In this document: one piece after another, positions 1 through 8,625 of the stretch | Numbering within the stretch: position 1 is the first letter of the stretch | Layout: each line of letters begins with the position of its first letter | Made by a program: the position numbers and the translations under genes | Origin: a virus | Lineage: Duplodnaviria > Caudoviricetes | Length of the DNA: 64,000 nucleotides | IMG/VR virus record: IMGVR_UViG_3300028833_000112 | Coordinates: 30,212-94,211 of that record | Strand: one strand, 5' to 3' | Notes under the pieces: generated by a model | The model's input: the letters and a program-made list of their open reading frames with translations, nothing else | Told to the model about the DNA's origin: nothing | Database searches by the model: none

Positions 1-263
1 TGCAAGGACGTTGGTTTGACATTGAGCGCGACCACATTGTCCAGCCATGCCGTCATAAAATCTTTCAGCGTGATTGCCTCCGATGTAATTCCGATATTGC
101 CGTGGAGAAAATCATTGAACGCCTCGACGCCGGCTTTGTACGCGGCCGCCTTTGTTGGGAACCCGCCCTTCTCCACCACTTTGCGCTTGCCGTCAGATTT
201 TTTCCCCGCTTCGAAAATGTAGCTGAAAGTTTTGCCGCGTTTGCGCACTCTGACCTGCGCCAT
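1..263 (-). CDS. int: Tyrosine integrase, N-terminal part (runs off the window)
   Basis: Manual translation from ATG at 263: MAQVRVRKRGKTFSYIFEAGKKSDGKRKVVEKGGFPTKAAAYKAG...ITLKDFMTAWLDNVVALNVKPTSL. This resembles the arm-binding and SAM-like N-terminus of Firmicute phage integrases. It lies at the end of the repressor operon and is not in the ORF track. Confidence 0.85.
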   Translation of the reverse strand, partial: MAQVRVRKRGKTFSYIFEAGKKSDGKRKVVEKGGFPTKAAAYKAGVEAFNDFLHGNIGITSEAITLKDFMTAWLDNVVALNVKPTSL

Positions 264-268
264 AAGAT

Positions 269-1837
269 TCACCCCTTGCCCTCCCACGCGGAGGGCTTTT
301 TTTGTTTGCGTTCTTCCTTGAGCAAAAATTTTACTCGCTCATGCGCCGCCGAAAGTAATTCACTCACGTCGTGCCTGAATGATTCGCTGCGTGCCACGTC
401 GGGGATTATGCCTTCGCGCTTCAATGACACGTTCGCGAAAAAAATTTCTGAACGTTGCGGGCTCTCGGCTAAAATTTTTTCTGTGAGTGGATAACCGTGC
501 TCCGAAAATTTTTCCGTCAGCAATTCGGTCAACGCGTCGCGAAATTTGTCGGGATAATTTTTTATGTACCGCTTGTTCGTGAAGCCGACCGCGCCCGCCA
601 ATTTCATGAGTGCGCCCGCGTTCAAAGACGATTTGAAATGCGCGAGGCACGCCAGTAACGTCGGCGACAAATTTATTTCTTCAAGCAGCAGCCGATTCAA
701 AACGTCGGGGCGATTGCGGATGAGGCACGCCGCCACCAACGCCGTGCTTGAGTAGGCGTCAAAAGAATTGTTGACGTGATGAGCGCGCAACCTCCGAATC
801 ATTTCAAACGCGCGGTTGAATTCGTCCACGTTGCCCGCCAGTAACCGCCGCTCCAAGCCGTAATAAAAAATAAACACGTAACCGATTTCAATTTCCGCCT
901 CGACGTTGCGCAACCAGTTCAAATAAGTCGCGCGCGCGTTCGGCGTCATCGTCGCGTATGACGGATAATAATCCAGCTTGGGCGCGGGCGTGACCGATAC
1001 GCCGAGAAAATCTGTCGTGCGAATCAAACTTGGCTCTTCCTCGCGCGGAAAAGTTATCGAAAAAAATTTTGCCGTGAACGTCGGGAGCGTCGCCGAATAA
1101 TTTTTTCTGCGTCCGTCGCCGAACCAGAGCATTTGAATAACTTCGGGCGGAATTGCGTTGAGTGCTTGTTCCAAATCGCCGCCGCTCGGCACCACTGCCC
1201 TGCCGGATGAAGTTCGCGCCGCCAAAATTTTTCGCGCGTAATTTTTTGACGCTTCGGGCATATACTCCAGCCGATTCAGCGTCGCCAAAATTTTTTCCAC
1301 GCGTTTTTCTTTTGCCGCGGCTCGTTGCAGATTTTCAAGCTCAGCGATTTGTTTGCCGAGGTATCTGTCGATTGCCGCGTCGAAGAGATTTATCTTTTGC
1401 TCCGGTCGTTGCAACCGTTCAAGTTCTTTTCTGTACACATCAAAATCCGCTGAAGGTATCGCCGCCAATTTTGCCCCGAAGCGCAGGCAGTCGCCGTATC
1501 TGTCGTTGACCGTCTCAATGTTCGCCGAAGTCTCCACCAAATTCATTGACTCGATAAAAATATTTATTAAGCGGGCGGCGTCCGCGGTTTCATTTGAATA
1601 TGGCATGGGCGGCAGTTGCGCCGGCGTTTCTTTGACTTCATAAATCGTGTCGCGCGCGTCTTGATATGAGCCGCCCGATTTCCCGCCCGCGCTGAAGATT
1701 ATGTACACGAACAGCCCGACCGCCGACAGTGCGAGGAGTATCTGCCAATACTCGCCGATGAATTTTATGACAGCCCACAGCACCGCGACGATTATTAAAA
1801 TCGCTATCCAACCGCCGTCATTTTGCTTCCGCGCCAT
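269..1837 (-). CDS. Membrane-anchored TerB N-terminal (TerB_N) domain protein
   Basis: Two N-terminal hydrophobic helices; motif YYPSYATMTPNARATYLNWL...IGYVFIFYYGLERRLL typical of TerB_N. Confidence 0.75.
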   Translation of the reverse strand: MARKQNDGGWIAILIIVAVLWAVIKFIGEYWQILLALSAVGLFVYIIFSAGGKSGGSYQDARDTIYEVKETPAQLPPMPYSNETADAARLINIFIESMNLVETSANIETVNDRYGDCLRFGAKLAAIPSADFDVYRKELERLQRPEQKINLFDAAIDRYLGKQIAELENLQRAAAKEKRVEKILATLNRLEYMPEASKNYARKILAARTSSGRAVVPSGGDLEQALNAIPPEVIQMLWFGDGRRKNYSATLPTFTAKFFSITFPREEEPSLIRTTDFLGVSVTPAPKLDYYPSYATMTPNARATYLNWLRNVEAEIEIGYVFIFYYGLERRLLAGNVDEFNRAFEMIRRLRAHHVNNSFDAYSSTALVAACLIRNRPDVLNRLLLEEINLSPTLLACLAHFKSSLNAGALMKLAGAVGFTNKRYIKNYPDKFRDALTELLTEKFSEHGYPLTEKILAESPQRSEIFFANVSLKREGIIPDVARSESFRHDVSELLSAAHERVKFLLKEERKQKKPSAWEGKG

Positions 1838-2063
1838 CGCCGCCCCGCTCTTTACCGTTCATGTAAACTGAACCGCCGACCGCCACTATACTGTTGTCAG
1901 TGGCTTGGTTGTTGCTCATTAACTCCATGCGCGCGAAAAATTTTCCGTGCCTCGCCAGAGTCTGGCACATGGTCAGCGCGAACTCCCGGCAGTCGACACT
2001 CATCGCGCGATATGTGCCAACCAACTGTTTCTCGTCCGTCGTGAGTTCCACCAATTCATTCAT
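1818..2063 (-). CDS. Small protein resembling the C-terminal part of the adjacent repressor
   Basis: ELTTDEKQLVGTYRAM resembles PLNADEQELIRQYRAL in 2166..2573; GGAGG upstream of the ATG. Confidence 0.55.
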   Translation of the reverse strand: MNELVELTTDEKQLVGTYRAMSVDCREFALTMCQTLARHGKFFARMELMSNNQATDNSIVAVGGSVYMNGKERGGDGAEAK

Positions 2064-2165
2064 CTCAATCCCTCCAAAAGAAAAATCCCTCGGCATTTCT
2101 GCTTTGGGATTTTAATATTTTTTTAGCCAAAAGGCAAATTCATTTCGCGATTTTCACCAAGTTGC

Positions 2166-2573
2166 TCACCCAGCTCCAATCGCAGTCGGCAAGTCTTTTT
2201 GAAAAGACGCCAGCGCGTCATCATACTCGCCTTTTAATGTTCGTTGAATGCGACGTTGCCCGGCGGCATCCAGTGCTCGATACTGCCTGATTAATTCCTG
2301 TTCGTCAGCGTTCAATGGTTCTTCCGATTTTTCGTAAAAAATTATTTCGCCATGACCGAGGCCATCCGCACTTATGCCCAGTTCGGCACAAATTTTGAAC
2401 ACGTTGCCCAGCCCTGAATTTAGTACACCGCGCTTTAAAATGCTTACGACTGTTTGATTTGGCAACCCTATTACTTCCGAGAACGCCGACACGCTTTTAT
2501 AGCGCGCCAAAATTAAGCACTTCAGCCGCTCCTCAACTGTTCCTGCTTGTTCTTCGGTAACCACGACTTTCAC
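2166..2573 (-). CDS. CI-like XRE helix-turn-helix repressor
   Basis: HTH pattern SVSAFSEVIGLPNQTVVSIL...KICAELGISAD; divergent from a Cro-like gene and upstream of the integrase. Confidence 0.8.
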   Translation of the reverse strand: MKVVVTEEQAGTVEERLKCLILARYKSVSAFSEVIGLPNQTVVSILKRGVLNSGLGNVFKICAELGISADGLGHGEIIFYEKSEEPLNADEQELIRQYRALDAAGQRRIQRTLKGEYDDALASFQKDLPTAIGAG

Positions 2574-2624
2574 CTCCTTTTGTTATAGAGTATACATTAC
2601 CCCTTACGATTTTTCAACCTTTTT

Positions 2625-2699
2625 TTATGAATTTTCATTGGCGCACATTGACATTTATTAAAATTCATATATAATAAGCGTGGTTATGAATATTCATAA
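2625..2699 (+). promoter_or_regulatory. Lysis/lysogeny switch: sigma70-type promoter with operator palindromes
   Basis: TTGACA 2648-2653 and TATAAT 2670-2675; perfect palindrome TTATGAATATTCATAA 2684-2699, with variants at 2625-2639 and in the promoter spacer. Confidence 0.8.
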
Positions 2700-2716
2700 A
2701 TCGAGGAGGTGAAATT

Positions 2717-2932
2717 ATGTATCCGAACTTGGAAGCTGAGCTTAAGCGGCGCAACTTCAAACGAGCCGACATTGCCAAATGTTTGGGGATTGGTCTTTCA
2801 GCCGTCTCTGACAAAATGCAACACAAAAGCGACTTCTCTCTTGCCGCCGCCATCGCGATTAAAAAATTCCTCGGCGTCGATTACAGCCTCGAATATCTTT
2901 TCGCCAGAGATGACGAACCGCAGACAGCTTGA
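2717..2932 (+). CDS. Cro-like XRE regulator
   Basis: MYPNLEAELKRR...DIAKCLGIGLSAVSDKM...SLEYLF; GGAGGTG RBS. Confidence 0.85.
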   Translation: MYPNLEAELKRRNFKRADIAKCLGIGLSAVSDKMQHKSDFSLAAAIAIKKFLGVDYSLEYLFARDDEPQTA

Positions 2933-2962
2933 ACTCCGTCGTTCCTTGAGAACCGAATAGAG

Positions 2963-3688
2963 GTGAGCTTTATGAACGATTTGGTTTTCCTGAAAAACAA
3001 ACAGCCCGTGACCACGAGTTTGATTATCGCTGAGGGCACGGGCAACGAGCACAAGTCGGTTATCCGCCTCATCAACGAGCATAAAAAATATTTTGAGCGT
3101 TGGGGCAAAATTTATTTTAGCGATTTGAAATCGCCAAATAAAAATGACGACCTTCGCGGACGCCCGACTAAAGTTGCTTATCTCAATGAACCGCAGGCGA
3201 CGTTTCTCATCACACTCCTGCGCAATACAGAAATCGTTCTTGAATTCAAAAATGAACTCGTAGACCGATTCTATAAGATGCGCGAGATTCTGCTCAACCA
3301 ACAGAACGCTCAGTGGCAGGAACTTCGTGCGGCGACCAAGACCGGCTACAAAACTTTGTCGGACGCTGTGCATATGATTTATCAGCTGGCGGTGGCGGCG
3401 GGAAGTAAAACCCCCGAAAAAAGATTTTATCAAAATTTCGCAGGGCTCATAAACCGAACACTCGGTATCGACCCGAAATCGCGTGACGTGCTCGAACTGT
3501 GGCAACTCTTTGAAGTTGAGAAACTCCAATTCATTGCGCAAACGGTTATCGAAGGGCTCGTTGCTCAAAAAGGCGTCGATTATCATCAGCCTTACAAAGC
3601 ATGCAAAACCGCGTTCGAGAGTTATGCGCGGCTGTCATACATCAACGAACGCTTGCTGGTCGCGTGCCATGAACTTCAACAATCTTAA
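2963..3688 (+). CDS. Rha family phage regulatory protein
   Basis: PVTTSLIIAEGTGNEHKSVIRLI...YLNEPQATFLITLLRNT...FKNELVDRFYKMR. Confidence 0.85.
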   Translation: MSFMNDLVFLKNKQPVTTSLIIAEGTGNEHKSVIRLINEHKKYFERWGKIYFSDLKSPNKNDDLRGRPTKVAYLNEPQATFLITLLRNTEIVLEFKNELVDRFYKMREILLNQQNAQWQELRAATKTGYKTLSDAVHMIYQLAVAAGSKTPEKRFYQNFAGLINRTLGIDPKSRDVLELWQLFEVEKLQFIAQTVIEGLVAQKGVDYHQPYKACKTAFESYARLSYINERLLVACHELQQS

Positions 3689-4019
3689 CGAACTGCGGGA
3701 GGCTGCCGAATATGCCGAGCGCATCCAAGCCGCCGCGAAAGAAATTATCCCGCTCATCGAAGCTCTTAAAAACCTCGAAGGCAAAATGATTATCCCGGCT
3801 CCGACTGACCGTTTGGTTAAGGCGGGCGAAGCTGCCAAAATCCTCGGCGTGAGTAAAACTTCTATCAGCGACTTCGTGCGGGTGGGACTCCTCGTTCCCG
3901 TCTACGTCGACTCCGAACGCAGAAAATTTTGGCTCAGCGATGTCATGGCTCTGCCGAAAAAATCTCCGTGGTCAGTCAAAGATTCAGGCGATAAACGCGG
4001 GCGACGGGAAAAATCTTAA
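3669..4019 (+). CDS. Excisionase-like (MerR/HTH_17-type) DNA-binding protein
   Basis: LVKAGEAAKILGVSKTSISDFVRVGLL...RRKFWLSDV. Confidence 0.65.
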   Translation: MNFNNLNELREAAEYAERIQAAAKEIIPLIEALKNLEGKMIIPAPTDRLVKAGEAAKILGVSKTSISDFVRVGLLVPVYVDSERRKFWLSDVMALPKKSPWSVKDSGDKRGRREKS

Positions 4020-4827
4020 TTAAGTGAGGTGAACCTTCCGCCTCGCAATCTACGTGTCGGCAGCCTTCCTTGCGTCGGCACATATTAAACTCAAAAACCA
4101 AACCGTCGCCTTGCGTTTTTTATAACTGAGGCGCGAGCAGTGCTCCAAGGTACCGTTTGATGTTCATTCAAAATTTAATCGTGAACAGAAAGACCCTAAA
4201 CCTTACGCTCTAAATTTTTGAACACACGCACTGCCCGTTGCCTTTTTCATGAGGAGGTATGTTATGGAAACGACGGTCGAATATCTTATCATCCCGCCCG
4301 ACGGCAAATTCGAAAAGACACCCGAACAGGCAAAAATGATTCGCGCGTTGTTCTCCGATGAAGACGGCATTGACAAACTCAATATCAAATTCCATGAGAT
4401 TTACTCCGTCGAGACTCCGGCAAAAAACAATAAGAGTTGCAACAATGCCATCGGCAACGGAGCATTCGTCAACGTGAGGTGATTCGCGTGTTCGTCTTCG
4501 ACAAGGATGAAGCCATGCGCGCGTTCCTCGCAAGACGTCAATCGATACGAGCCGTGGCGCAGGAAGCAGGTGTCAGCGGTTATACGCTCCAAAAAGCATT
4601 CCTCGGTCAGCCGTTGATGTCAGAACCCGCTGCCAAAATCGCCATAGCTCTCGACCTTGAGCCGAAGTGGATTGACGCGCCACACAAAAGGAAGGACACG
4701 TCATGAAGAAGCGTTGCAAAAGATTGTGCGACCGCTGCGACGGGCAATCTCATCTGAGTAAGTTTTGCCCCGCGACGTGTTTCAAACGCCGGGACAAGCC
4801 CGAACAATCGCAGAGGAGTGAAAAACC

Positions 4828-5004
4828 ATGTTCAAAAAAATCTTCAGAACGCTCTTAATCATCACAATCGTGGCGACGGTGCTTAATCTCTTAAGCGCGG
4901 AGTACGGCTCGGCAAGTCGTTTGCTCAATTACATCATGGGCTTTTTGAACGGCGCGAGTTGGGTCGTGCTCTTCGAAGTTTACAAAAACGGGGAGGATGA
5001 TTAG
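4828..5004 (+). CDS. Small membrane protein (paralog of the next gene)
   Basis: 58 aa, GAGGAG RBS, hydrophobic, GFLNGASW motif; below the ORF-track cutoff. Confidence 0.6.
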   Translation: MFKKIFRTLLIITIVATVLNLLSAEYGSASRLLNYIMGFLNGASWVVLFEVYKNGEDD

Positions 5005-5199
5005 ATGCTTGAACATCTGACTGTGGCTAAACTCTTCGCGCTGACCGTGGCGACCGTCGTGGCGACTCTGCGCCTCGTCGGCTCCGTCGTGTTCTTCGAG
5101 CCGCCCGCCTTCTTCGGATTCGCATTCGGATTTTTGAACGGCGCGAGCTGGATTGGGCTTCTCACTCTTTATCTTCGCTATTGGGAGGAATTCGCATGA
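5005..5199 (+). CDS. Small membrane protein
   Basis: Hydrophobic; shares GFLNGASW with the upstream gene. Confidence 0.6.
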   Translation: MLEHLTVAKLFALTVATVVATLRLVGSVVFFEPPAFFGFAFGFLNGASWIGLLTLYLRYWEEFA

Positions 5200-5331
5200 G
5201 TTATGCACAGTTAAGACTTGAAACGTGGCGTCTGTGGAAGGCGTGGCAAGATGAAACCGACCCGAAGCTCAAGGAAGAGCGGCGCAAAATTTTTCAGCAA
5301 GCGCGGATTGAATTTTTGAGGATGAGGAACC

Positions 5332-5619
5332 ATGAGACTAATTAAATTTCGCGGGCGCACTCGGAACGGCGACGTTTATTACGGTGGCTGTATGCAAATC
5401 TTGCACACAGGCACAACCTATATCGTCGGCGGTAGTGGTGGTGGCAGTCATCGTAAATTTTATCGCGTTAAGCCTGAAACTATTCAACAGCTTGTCGGCT
5501 ATGACCGCAACGGCGAGGAAGTCTACGAGGGCGACACACTCATCGACGACCCGGAGAATGAATTCACCGCAGAAATTTACATGCGCCCTGAACAGATTGA
5601 ACGGCTAATTTTAAGATAA
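5332..5619 (+). CDS. YopX family protein
   Basis: MRLIKFRGR...QLVGYDRNGEEVYEGD. Confidence 0.75.
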   Translation: MRLIKFRGRTRNGDVYYGGCMQILHTGTTYIVGGSGGGSHRKFYRVKPETIQQLVGYDRNGEEVYEGDTLIDDPENEFTAEIYMRPEQIERLILR

Positions 5620-6010
5620 ACGCAGTCGACGTGCTCCGCCTCTCTTTCGACATGACGACTCCGCCGAAAACTTGGCAACGGCTCGTCGACTGATTTTTAC
5701 GCTTGCTAAGTGTCGGGCGTCGGAAATATTTCAGAGCAAAAGCTCAAGGAAAAGGATGTGAATTCAACCTCCGCCTTAACGCTGACGCCCCACACTTTCA
5801 TAAAGGAGATTGTATGGAGCCGATTACGATTAACTGCGAAGGCTTGAGCAAGAAACGAATCGTTGAGCTGGCGGACAAACTGCAACCGCTTTATCGCATG
5901 GTCACTATCGACGACGAAAAAATTTTTCTCGATAAGCCGACCTGCGAAGACTCCTCAGCGGTTCTGCCTTTTATCGTTGCTCAATACTTCGCCGACGAGA
6001 GGCATTCGTC

Positions 6011-6349
6011 ATGAAGTGTCAGAGATGTGGGCGTGAACTCGGCGATGTACATTACAAGCAAAAGTATTGTGCGGTTTGTCGATGGGAAGTGAAACGCGAA
6101 CGTGACCGCAACTATTACAGAAAGAAAAGAGCCTTGAAGAAACTCCTCAAAGCCGAAGCCCAAAAACTTAAACCGCCTGCCCCGCCGAAGCGGGCGACCT
6201 GCTTGCACTGCCACAAAAAATTTGAACCGAGATATCGCGGAGAAAAATATTGCTCCGAAGAGTGTTACGAGCACAGCCCGTTCAGAATCATGTGTCGGCA
6301 AAACCCGCGCGTGCTGAAATATTTTTACCGACTGATTGAAGAGGATTGA
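6011..6349 (+). CDS. Zinc-finger protein
   Basis: CQRC...YCAVC and CLHC...YCSEEC. Confidence 0.65.
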   Translation: MKCQRCGRELGDVHYKQKYCAVCRWEVKRERDRNYYRKKRALKKLLKAEAQKLKPPAPPKRATCLHCHKKFEPRYRGEKYCSEECYEHSPFRIMCRQNPRVLKYFYRLIEED

Positions 6350-6980
6350 GCATGGAATTTTTACTCGCACTGACCTTCCCGATTTGGAGTGCGCCGCTTC
6401 TCGTTTTGCTCGGTAAAGCCGGGGCTCGCGTCTTAAAAATCTTTTGGAGGTGATTCACCTGACTGAAGAGCAAAAAGAAATTGAACGCAGATTTGAACTC
6501 GGTATCTGCCAATTCAACATGCTGATTGAGTATGAAAGAAAACACGTACCGCACGACCTCACCTTCGATGGCGACCCGACTCTGCCACAGATATTGGAAG
6601 CCGCGCGTGACGCTTTCATGGAGTTGCACGTTGATTGGCGGGCGCACATCGGCGACCCTGTGATGGACAAGCGCGAAGCCGTCAGCCGATTGCTTGTCAA
6701 ACTCGCCGCAGACATCGCAAACGGCAAAGTTGATTTATGAGGAGTGATTCATTTGGAAATTACATTCGTCGGTTCGCCCGAAGAGTGGCACGCGACCTTT
6801 GACCACTGCACGCCGAAAAAGTGTGAATCAAAATCTTTCGTTCGGAAAAATATTCTCCACGGCTACGAGTCCGTCGAAGACGACGCAATCAGGGGACGAA
6901 CTTGCGCACCGACCTTTCTCGGACGACGAATATGCCCCAAATTTCAGGCTGAGCAAAACTAATACGCTGTAAGGTTGACC

Positions 6981-7190
6981 CCTGCCGCTAATCGGCGCGG
7001 GCGGCAGGTGTGAGCCTTTAGCCGAGGCTCAAGCCATTCCCTCTATTCATTTTTCAAAGAACTCAATCGCAAGATTGACACCAGCCGCCGTTGTTCCATG
7101 ACCTCCAAATGACGGCGGTGAGTGTGAGTCTTGCAAAAGACTCAAGCAGTGGACGCGAGTGACAGTTCAGCCGAAGATGAATTGCGATTC
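6981..7190 (+). ncRNA. Cluster of stable hairpins (putative structured RNA)
   Basis: Stems 6981-7008, 7011-7031, 7063-7078 (GCAA tetraloop), 7084-7119 and 7125-7144 (GCAA tetraloop); no credible ORF. Confidence 0.55.
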
Positions 7191-7211
7191 GCCGAAACTG
7201 CAAGCCCTTTC

Positions 7212-7349
7212 GTGGGCGGTTGCTTGATAAATCTCCTTTCAGAGAGCCTCCGTGCTCAACGAGCCCCTACGGGGGCTCAACACGCGAGCAACAGATTAGT
7301 GCCGTGGTCGACATCAACCCCGGCGTCGGTTCGAGTCCGACTGCCCGCC
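7212..7349 (+). ncRNA. tRNA-shaped RNA with acceptor stem and T-arm but no D or anticodon arm
   Basis: GTGGGCG(7212-18)/TGCCCGC(7342-48); T-arm GTCGG-TTCGAGT-CCGAC; arm GTTGCTTG/CGAGCAAC enclosing GAGCCCC-TACG-GGGGCTC. Confidence 0.65.
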
Positions 7350-7390
7350 TATCATCAACGCACGTCACGTGCAGAAAGGAGGAGAAACAG

Positions 7391-7789
7391 ATGGCAAAAA
7401 CTTTTGACCTTACCGACGAGGAACTCGATGCTTTTGCTTCTTGGATGGCATATGAAATAATGTGCCCTTTCTCTATGGACAAATCTTGTTACAAAAAATC
7501 TTATCCCCGAGACGTGTTTCGCATCTCTTATCGTAAATCTGTTTGGCTTTGCCATGAACACATAACCATCGTTGCATTGTTTATCAAACACATTCTTTAC
7601 GAATTTAATAAAACAGGCAAAACAACTGGATTTGATTGGTTAGGGATATTGGAAACCCTTACTGAAATGATTGGGATGAAAAACTCATTAATTGACTACA
7701 GCCGCGATATTGATTTAAGGGCGATTTGCATGTCATTTACTGAGAAATTCCCTGACTTTGTTAAGCTTGTCGAAGAAGGTGATTTTTAA
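7391..7789 (+). CDS. Hypothetical protein (AT-rich)
   Basis: AAGGAGGAG RBS; open frame. Confidence 0.6.
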   Translation: MAKTFDLTDEELDAFASWMAYEIMCPFSMDKSCYKKSYPRDVFRISYRKSVWLCHEHITIVALFIKHILYEFNKTGKTTGFDWLGILETLTEMIGMKNSLIDYSRDIDLRAICMSFTEKFPDFVKLVEEGDF

Positions 7790-8556
7790 TGTGGCTCTAT
7801 GACATTGATTATGACATTTATTCCTCAGACCACACACGAAAAATTTATGTTGTCCGCCACGAGCAGAAAAAAGTTGAGCATGTGGTCAGCAGAGCCTCAC
7901 ATCAGTATATATGTCAGGACAGAAAGCGCGAAGTATTTACCGTCGTTGAAGATTGGCATACTCCTGAAAGTCAAGGCAACACCGGCGACTTTGGTTATTA
8001 TATTTTTTATAACCCCCACGATGCCGCCTACTTCATTGCTTGGCTTGCTATGAAACTCAATTCACCGCTCCAAAATGCATTGTTGCAGTCTGCAGACGAA
8101 ATTATCACTCGAATTACCCGGGAACATAACAGATATTACAAGAAAGCTGCTAAGCTGAAAGAAGCGAAGAAATCGAAAATTAAACCCACACCGCCGCCTC
8201 CTCCACCGCCCAAGAAAAAGTCGAAAAAAGATTTGCCGAGTATCGAGCAGATGAAACTCAAAAATTACAACAAGCACGTCTATGCGTTTGACATGAATAA
8301 CGGCAAAATCAAAATCGGCGTGACCAATGACATCCCAACTCGGAAAAAAGCACACGAACACTCTAATGGGACAATCATAACGCGTTATTGTTACACGCAG
8401 ATGATGCCGAATCAAGGCGCGCTGAATATTGAAACTATGTGTCTTAAAGCTTTTGATGACCGCAGAGCACCCGTCGGCGAATTAGTTTTTGCTTCATTTG
8501 AAGAAGTTAAGACGCAGCTTCAATTTCTCGCAAATCTTGAATTCACGACCGAATAA
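7789..8556 (+). CDS. Protein with a C-terminal T5orf172/GIY-YIG-like domain
   Basis: HVYAFDMNNGKIKIGVTNDIPTR...IETMCLKAF...GELVF. Confidence 0.6.
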   Translation: MWLYDIDYDIYSSDHTRKIYVVRHEQKKVEHVVSRASHQYICQDRKREVFTVVEDWHTPESQGNTGDFGYYIFYNPHDAAYFIAWLAMKLNSPLQNALLQSADEIITRITREHNRYYKKAAKLKEAKKSKIKPTPPPPPPPKKKSKKDLPSIEQMKLKNYNKHVYAFDMNNGKIKIGVTNDIPTRKKAHEHSNGTIITRYCYTQMMPNQGALNIETMCLKAFDDRRAPVGELVFASFEEVKTQLQFLANLEFTTE

Positions 8557-8625
8557 TCCCTTAACCCTCTCGATTTTTGAATCCCGCTGCTCAGTGACGG
8601 GCGGCGGGCTTGAAAGATTGGAGGA

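Noticed and set aside
1-300. attL/attP site
   Set aside because: The integrase runs off the window, so the attachment site would lie outside it
7212-7349. Canonical tRNA or tmRNA
   Set aside because: No D or anticodon arm, no encoded CCA, too long for a tRNA, too short for tmRNA and no tag ORF; kept only as a tRNA-like RNA
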